From Neodothiora populina (lineage: Eukaryota), in the NCBI RefSeq assembly GCF_041146345.1, contig NW_027191405.1, forward strand, positions 124,001 to 188,000: DNA of 64,000 nucleotides, in the 5' to 3' direction. Below the pieces are notes generated by a model. It saw only the letters and a list, made by a program, of their open reading frames with translations. It was not told the DNA's origin and ran no database searches. Of the stretch, positions 57,199-64,000 are shown piece after piece (positions within the stretch are counted from its first letter, which is position 1; every line of letters starts with the position of its first letter). A program made the position numbers and the translations under genes.

Positions 57199-58104
57199 AT
57201 GCAGTCTCTACAACCCCTGCGCCAGGCTCCCCGTTGCCTCAGCCGCCGACTGCAACAATGCCACCTCCTTCACACCACCGCCGCCTTCCAGTCGGGACAC
57301 AGCAGATGGTCCAAGATCAAGCACGACAAAGCAAAAGTAGACGCAACGAAGAACAAGAATCGCTCCGTGTTCGCCCAAGAGATCGCCCTTGCTTCGAAGC
57401 TATTCGGGCCGGATCCAGAAGCCAATCCCCGTCTCGCCGATGTCATCACGAAAGCGAAGAGAGCGGGTTTCGCGAAGCAGAGCATCGAGAATGCCATCCT
57501 GAGGGGACAGGGTCGGTCAGCCTCGGGAGCAGCGCTGGAAGCAATCACCGTCGAGGCTATTCTGCCGCATAATGTCGCTTGTATCATCGAGGCAGAGACG
57601 GAAGGCCGCCTGCGGACATTGGCAGACTTGAAACACGCCGTCAAGGAAGCCGGTGGCAATGCGACGCCGACGTCTTATCTGTTCGCGAAGAAGGGCCGCA
57701 TCATACTCGAGGGAAAAGTCTTGGCCGATGGCAAAGAGGAGCGGAGCGCAGTGGATGTTGATCAGGTGTTTGATGCTGCGCTTGAAGCTGGCGCTCTGGA
57801 CGTCGAGGATGATGGAGATGGCAGAGTCGTGGTCTTGACAGAGCCGCAGGACACCAAGTCAACGGGCGCGACGCTGAGTGAAAGCTTGGGACTGGACATT
57901 GCAGAGAGCGGGATTGTGTGGGATGCTGTCGAAGATACAATGGTCGGACTGCAGAGTGAGGATGTGGTCGGACAGCTCGTTGAGTTCATCGATAATGTCG
58001 AGGAAAAGGAGAGCGGAGTGCAGGGCATCTACATGAATGTCAAGCCAGGAGACCAGGTGAGTGAAGGCGCCTGGGCCGAGTTGATGAGCAGACTGGCCAT
58101 ATAG
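57199..58104 (+). CDS. TACO1: YebC/TACO1-family protein with mitochondrial presequence
   Basis: SGHSRWSKIKHDK signature, PDPEANPRL, IENAILRGQG, YLFAKKGRI; Arg/Leu-rich N-terminus with no acidic residues. Confidence 0.93.
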   Translation: MQSLQPLRQAPRCLSRRLQQCHLLHTTAAFQSGHSRWSKIKHDKAKVDATKNKNRSVFAQEIALASKLFGPDPEANPRLADVITKAKRAGFAKQSIENAILRGQGRSASGAALEAITVEAILPHNVACIIEAETEGRLRTLADLKHAVKEAGGNATPTSYLFAKKGRIILEGKVLADGKEERSAVDVDQVFDAALEAGALDVEDDGDGRVVVLTEPQDTKSTGATLSESLGLDIAESGIVWDAVEDTMVGLQSEDVVGQLVEFIDNVEEKESGVQGIYMNVKPGDQVSEGAWAELMSRLAI

Positions 58105-58293
58105 TTCTTTTTGAGCTGTGGAGTAGACATAGATAAACATTTTTGTACAGTGTTGTAAACATAGCCGAGAGCATAATATTCAGCTCTAGATGAAGTGCTT
58201 CACGACTTTCCCAAACCCACTCTGACTCCGGACTCCGTTGTTTCGATGAGTATAATTTTTGACTCTCGGGTGGTTCGGTTTGGAACTCGACTC

Positions 58294-58749
58294 TCACCAG
58301 AGCCCGAACCAACCCTTTCCACCCTCCTCCTTCTTCGGCACCACAGGCACAGGCGCCGGCTTCACGTTCTCCAGTGTCCTGAGATAGACACTCTTCTTCG
58401 GACCATCTTCGCCCACGAGCGCTGTTTCGCCCTCTGCATCCGCATCAGGGCCACCGAACTGCTCCCTCCTCGCCTTGGCCGCCAACCGCCGCGCCTTGAG
58501 TCGCTCGAGCTCCTCTTTGATATCCTCGCGCTCAAAAGGGATCTGGTTTGTTTCGTTCTTCTTGGGCCAGAAGTCGGGCACGGAGAAGCGCTGGTCGAGA
58601 TTCGTGCCGAAGTAGTACATCCAGCCGATCGGGAAGAAGATGTACATGCCGAACTGTCGGATATGCATGTCAGACGTAGGGAATATTTTTGAGTTGAGCT
58701 GGAATCAGAGAAAACATGCCTTGAACACTTCGAGGTTAGGTCCGCCCAT
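58294..58749 (-). CDS. PET100: Cytochrome c oxidase assembly factor Pet100
   Basis: MGGPNLEVFK|FGMYIFFPIGWMYYFGTNLDQRFSVPDFWP, joined by GC-AG intron 58654-58719. Confidence 0.9.
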
Positions 58750-59411
58750 GATTGCGGTGGATATATAGATAAATGAAGGATGCTAGTGGCGAAAAGACTG
58801 CGGTTTGAGTCAAATCCCTTGTCAGATGTGGCGTAGAGGAACGTCAAGAAAGATCCGTAGAGCTCTTGTCGGACGATGGATATGGCAGAATGATCTGCAA
58901 CTTTCCTCTCCTCTGTGGTCGATTCACACGCAAAGGATAGAGTCGTGATGTTCTTCTTTCGTCTTTCAAACTGCCGTCGCCCGATTGGACCCTCGCGTAG
59001 ATCTGATTTGCCTGGGACTCGTCGGTAGATCTAGATCCGCGATAAGATAACCTTAACTCACATCGATATGTCGACCTCCATCTCCCTTTGTCTGGCCCCT
59101 TTGATACTCGACAGGACATCTATCGTATCTATATATATTCAAGGCTAACCTACTGACAAAGAGCCACCTATGCGCCTCACTTGTCTAATCTGAATGCTAC
59201 GTAAGTATATCCGCAATCGTGGACAAAGTGCCTCGCTTCAGTAGTTGGCCTACGCCACGCAGCATACTGCCTCGACCACGTGTGTCTAGAAATGCTAGTG
59301 CTGTTCTTGCGACTCAGGTAGTGTGTGGTGTCTGTCGTCTTTCATATATAGATACTGCCGCTGACTCAATGTGGTCAGATCGGCTTCAGAGGACTTCACC
59401 AATCAAGAGCG

Positions 59412-60831
59412 GTGAATGTAGGTAGAAAGCAGCAAGACTTCCTTTCTCACTACTTCTTCTCAAACGACAAAAAAGTCCAGGTGGTCATGAATCCCGCGAT
59501 GCATAATGTGGTTGCTGCTTCAAATAGCAGCCAAGAAGCTGCAGACCTTCCTTCCATGTTTGAGAAGCAATTAAGTCTCCATTCTCAATTCCCATCACTA
59601 GATACTCAACCTAGTCGACGGAGTAAGGGCAAGAAGGAGAACGTTGCATCCATTGAGAAACCTCATCGTCATCCTAGTTCGTTCTTTCAAGCAGACCTTT
59701 CAGTCTCTCAAACCCATGTCACAGCCTCTGCTCACAGGGTTGGCGCTGCGGCTCTGCTCCCAGCTCGAACTGTGGTTTCCCCTGGTGAAGAGAAAGAAAG
59801 AAAGAAGAAGCCGAGGAAACCGAAAGCTGTCCCTAATCCTCAATCTTCTTCTCTTGCGACCTCTGACCCGGCTCCAGTTGTGCTACATGACGCAAGTACT
59901 GAACGTACGGTGCGCTCGAAGACGAAGAAGGCGATTGATGCCGATAGGCAAGTGAACCTGGTCTCTCAAACATTTTTGGCTTCACCACTAACATGTCCGC
60001 AGACATTCCTCTGCAGATGGGCCAAAGACTTCGGACAGCCACAACTTACGGGATGAAATTCGAACCCGAGATACGCCGAATACCTCGTATACGGCTGGAC
60101 CGCCGCCACCCAAGGTTGACCATAGCAGAAAACGCGGCTCTTCTCCTCGCCGATTAGTCTTACCACGCCCCTTCCCAACCGCTCACTATATTCAAACCAT
60201 AACACAATGGGACGATTTCCCCGATCTAGCCACTTCACTTCTCACGACCTCCCCTCGACCGCTCCTCGTCATCTTAGATCTCAACGGAGTCATCGTGCAT
60301 CGTGGCCGAAGAAGAGCCTTCGTTCCGCGACCCGGGCTCGGCCCCTTTCTAGACTACCTCTTTGCGAATCACCACGTCATGATCTGGTCCTCAGGCCTAC
60401 CTTCCAATGTCATAGCCATCTGTTCTCAGGTCTTCACTTCTGAGCAGCAAGGCTCTCTTGTCGGAATCTGGGGCCGTGACAAGCTACATTTGCCCGAAGC
60501 ACTGTTCAAACAAAACATACAGGTCTACAAGCAGCTGAGCTGGATCTGGGAATCTAAAAACCTACAGAAGAAGGCCGCCAAGGGCACTTTGCTCTGCAAT
60601 GCACCAGTCGGTAGCTATAAACAGAGCAACACGGTGCTCGTCGATGATACAGTGGAGAAGGGCTTAGCGGAGCCATTTAATCTGCTGAAGGTTGACGAGT
60701 TCATTGGACAACACGAGGCAGACGGTTCGGGTGCTCTCATGCATGTCATGCAGTACCTTGAGCGATTGAAGTGGGCTCGTGACGTTAGTGTGTACATGCA
60801 TCATTATCCTTTCGATGTCGGCGGAGCATGA
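59412..60831 (+). CDS. NIF/FCP1-like HAD-domain protein (5' end uncertain, probably with further upstream exons)
   Basis: PLLVILDLNGVIVHR, RPGLGPFLDYL, VMIWSS, YKQLSWIW, NTVLVDD; intron 59948-60002 joins the 59412 and 60295 frames. Confidence 0.8.
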
Positions 60832-61300
60832 TGGGGGAGTCGGTGATGTAGGCGACCCAGCGAATACAGTGAAGTGAGTTGCAGCATGGAGTCCGTATTC
60901 TTCGGCTACCTTGCTGTACCGCCGTTTCGAGAAGCATCATGAAACCAATAATATCATGTCGATAGGAATCGCGTACTCCGAGCATTCATAACAAGCTACA
61001 GAAGAACACTTTCCAGTCGCCAGGACTACATTTATTCCATTCAAGTTGTGATGCTAACATGATCATAACTCATCCTTGTCGTCTAATTCTTTATAGATCT
61101 ATTAGTAAAGTAATATATGTTTCATGATATCGGTCAAAAATGTACAGCACAAACGGCCACCCCACAAGCCTGGAGCACGAAGCTCCACATGAAACGCGGG
61201 CGCGCTGACTCAGCATTGTTGACGCCTCCGAATCAACTGCAACCTGTCTTGGCATTGTTTCGACAGTGGCCACGACAACTACACAGGGTGGGCATATCAA

Positions 61301-63655
61301 ATGACTACACAGGCACCCAATCCCAGGGACTTCCAATCCTGGGAAGATGCCTTCCAGTACCCCGTGCCCGTGGTGCGGCGGCTGGAGCAGCAGCTCCGGG
61401 GCAGCATCAATGAGAACCGAGACAAGTTGCGGACACTTGTCGGCACCAGCTATAGGGATCTGGTCGGCACCGCTGAGCGGATAATTGAAATGGACGGCCA
61501 GATGCACGAGGCAGAGGAGCTTCTCGGCGAGATTGGACGGAAATGTAACGCGAGAACTATTGAAAGAATTGCGACCAGTCACTCGCGCATTGTCAAGTCG
61601 CAGCGGGATCAAGTCAGTCCTCGCAATGCTCTGGCCTCGAGTATCGCTTTATTGCAGAGCTGTCTGGCTGTCGGAAGTCGCACGATTAAGCAGAAAGGCT
61701 CGTCTTTGCTCGTTGCGAGGCTGGTGGTGCTCGCGCGACTATTGCACAGCAGCGTATCTAAGACGGCGGACGCGTCTCCGCTACTGGATACGCTTCGCAC
61801 AAGGCTTGCTTCTCTTCGTCGAAGGGCTCTGAACTATGTCGATGGCATACTAGCCAAGGGAGATACCGATAGAGATGCTCTCACCGAAGCACTAGCCGCT
61901 TTCTCTTTGGCGACTACTTCTACCCCAACGGACGTGTTGCGACATTTTCTTAATGTTAGAGCAGAAGCTCTGACCGAATTGCTGGAGGAACCGGCCGAAG
62001 CAGGTGTCCATTCTGCTATGGCTTTGTTACTATCTACCTTGAAAGAAGCGCAGGCTATGTTCCCTCACCGATTGTCTGAGCTTCTGTCACAATTACAGGA
62101 TGAGCCACTGCTGCGGGGTGAAGCCGTGCGGGCTACATCAGAGCTGAATCTTGACATCTACGAGAGATGGATCGCGGATGATGTTCGAAACTTCACACCA
62201 TTCCTGAGACATGACCAGCTCCAAGGCACTCAGGCAACGAAATTAATTCAGTCATGGGCAACTAGTGCAAAGCAGAAATTGCTTGAAGGACTACAGCGGC
62301 TTCTTAGCAGTACCCAGGATGCTCAAAAAGTGGTGGCACTACGAAAGGACGTGATCTCAAGGTCACTCTCGGCTAACAAGAAATTGCCTGGTCTTGACCA
62401 AGCTGCCTTCTTCGAGGATCTCCGCGCTTGCTTCTCCTCCGGCTTGCGACATATCGCTACTGAGGCAGCTAATGACTTGGTTCAAGTGGCTGATCAGTTC
62501 TTGGGCGATACCGCGTCGGTGAACAATGCTACAGAGCTGCTAGACATTTGGGATCATTCGTTGCTCGACCTTGATCTTACCAAGGGTGCTGTGGAATTGA
62601 GGGATATGATCACTAATGTCAGTGAGGGAAGGGACAATCGACTACAAGATCTGCACCGCCAACTGAAGTCATGGGCCTCACGCCTGGCCGATGTATCTGT
62701 AACAATTAAGACGATGAGAGAAGACAGATGGGACGACGACCTGGAGCTGGACCTGGACGACGACCTCGAACTGAGTGCACCACCGGATCTACTGACGAGA
62801 GAAGACCCCAAGTCTTTAGATGATTTGCTCAACGAGCAACGGAACCAGGCACTTACCAAGGTCTACGAGAAGATCCAATCTACCATGTCTGACAATTCGG
62901 GTTCGGAGAATCCACCCGCATTCGTTCTGCGACTCCTCCGGGAGGTGGTGCAACACTCCTCGTCGACTGAAACATCCTCTGTTGCGATAGTGAAGCCACC
63001 GCCCTCATTGCTTGAATTATTGCACAATCAACTTGCTCAGCAAGTCATTTCGCAAAATCCGAGCCGGTCATCCCGATTAATAACGTTCACTCGCGCTCCC
63101 GCGATCACTCTCTGGGAGGGGTCGCCTGCACTTCCAATGCAGCCTTCGCCTGCCTCTTGCCGCTTTTTGTACGATACTTGCAAAACAATGGACAAAATTG
63201 GCGTGGATCTCTGGACACCACGTGCGGTCGCAGTGCTGAAGGCTCGTCTGCGCGATTTGGTCGCTGAGACGTTGGACGAGACCTTGTTGGATCAAGCGAA
63301 GGCCAACGGAGCAGAATCTACAGGACAGATCACCAACGGTGCAAGCAACCACGATGTGGCAGCGAACGGGACTTCTGCAGACGCAGAAGTCGAAGAGAAA
63401 GAGGCAGTCGCGTCTACAAAGTCGAACCACGAGTTCCGAAGGATGCCGAAGTTGACACAAGCAATGTACGACGTGCTCTACCTCGAGAAGATATTGAGTC
63501 TACATGAGAAACACGAGGTGACGGCTTTTGACCGTGTGCTGAACCAGCTCCGAGAAAGCCTGCATCTGGAGGAGAGTGCGTGGGAGCGGTTACGGAAGAG
63601 CACTAGCGATCATCACAGGCGGACCTACCTTCTCTTCGGTCTACTTGCGGTGTAG
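61301..63655 (+). CDS. COG1: Conserved oligomeric Golgi complex subunit 1 (Vps51/Vps67 domain)
   Basis: Intronless 784-aa ORF; SWEDAFQYPVP...LRTLVGTSYRDLVGTAERI N-terminal domain, LWEGSPALPMQPSP, RTYLLFGLL C-terminus. Confidence 0.85.
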   Translation: MTTQAPNPRDFQSWEDAFQYPVPVVRRLEQQLRGSINENRDKLRTLVGTSYRDLVGTAERIIEMDGQMHEAEELLGEIGRKCNARTIERIATSHSRIVKSQRDQVSPRNALASSIALLQSCLAVGSRTIKQKGSSLLVARLVVLARLLHSSVSKTADASPLLDTLRTRLASLRRRALNYVDGILAKGDTDRDALTEALAAFSLATTSTPTDVLRHFLNVRAEALTELLEEPAEAGVHSAMALLLSTLKEAQAMFPHRLSELLSQLQDEPLLRGEAVRATSELNLDIYERWIADDVRNFTPFLRHDQLQGTQATKLIQSWATSAKQKLLEGLQRLLSSTQDAQKVVALRKDVISRSLSANKKLPGLDQAAFFEDLRACFSSGLRHIATEAANDLVQVADQFLGDTASVNNATELLDIWDHSLLDLDLTKGAVELRDMITNVSEGRDNRLQDLHRQLKSWASRLADVSVTIKTMREDRWDDDLELDLDDDLELSAPPDLLTREDPKSLDDLLNEQRNQALTKVYEKIQSTMSDNSGSENPPAFVLRLLREVVQHSSSTETSSVAIVKPPPSLLELLHNQLAQQVISQNPSRSSRLITFTRAPAITLWEGSPALPMQPSPASCRFLYDTCKTMDKIGVDLWTPRAVAVLKARLRDLVAETLDETLLDQAKANGAESTGQITNGASNHDVAANGTSADAEVEEKEAVASTKSNHEFRRMPKLTQAMYDVLYLEKILSLHEKHEVTAFDRVLNQLRESLHLEESAWERLRKSTSDHHRRTYLLFGLLAV

Positions 63656-64000
63656 TCTGAGTATCAACATGTATAATAACATACCAAGTCACAATTTTGC
63701 TCCAGTTCTTGACCCGAAGAAGAAGAAGACCACATATCCACAAATGACCCAGCTGCACTACTCGTGGGGCCATGGTCAGATGCATTTATGTTGGAGTCCA
63801 AGTATCCTTGTCATTGTCATCTGGTCGGAACCCGTGAGGTGGTAAGGGTTGCGATGCTCCTTGGCAGTGTACCTTTGGCCATTCGTGAAGCGAAGCGCGT
63901 GCTTGACCTCTACGTGTCCTCTCCTTTCTGTGCATCCAGTAATATAGGTAGCGTACCGTACCTTAATTACAGATTCAATCCTTCATAGGAAATCAGAATC

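Noticed and set aside
63700..64000. Possible 3' end of a minus-strand gene at the window edge
   Set aside because: No frame gives a recognisable protein; cannot be supported from this window.

Overview
Eukaryotic DNA from a filamentous ascomycete (Pezizomycotina; short introns with CTRAC branch points; Dothideomycetes is plausible but not shown). About 17 protein genes and one intron-containing tRNA-Ile(AAT): a small hypothetical protein, NAD-formate dehydrogenase, Gyp7 Rab-GAP, a secreted GMC oxidoreductase, Pmt2, GH2 beta-galactosidase, an ArAE/FUSC-like membrane protein, a CFEM-GPI protein, a class II hydrophobin, a small membrane protein, a PTH11-like receptor, an ACS-family MFS transporter, the formin SepA/Bni1, Laa1/HEATR5, TACO1/YebC, Pet100, a NIF-domain protein and Cog1. 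No transposon, CRISPR array or secondary-metabolite core gene was recognised. Best-supported oddities: a 150-nt in-frame, stop-free intron right after the FDH ATG that encodes a mitochondrial-presequence-like peptide (possible splice-controlled dual targeting); two GC-AG introns in adjacent divergent genes; a 93-nt tandem duplication inside the beta-galactosidase; GG(V/I)P repeats in the formin; a collagen-like tract in the CFEM protein; and strong intergenic enrichment of TACAGTA. More speculative: a roughly 1.9-kb structured intergenic segment with some telomerase-RNA-like features. Gene models and splice sites were read by eye and not validated by searches.
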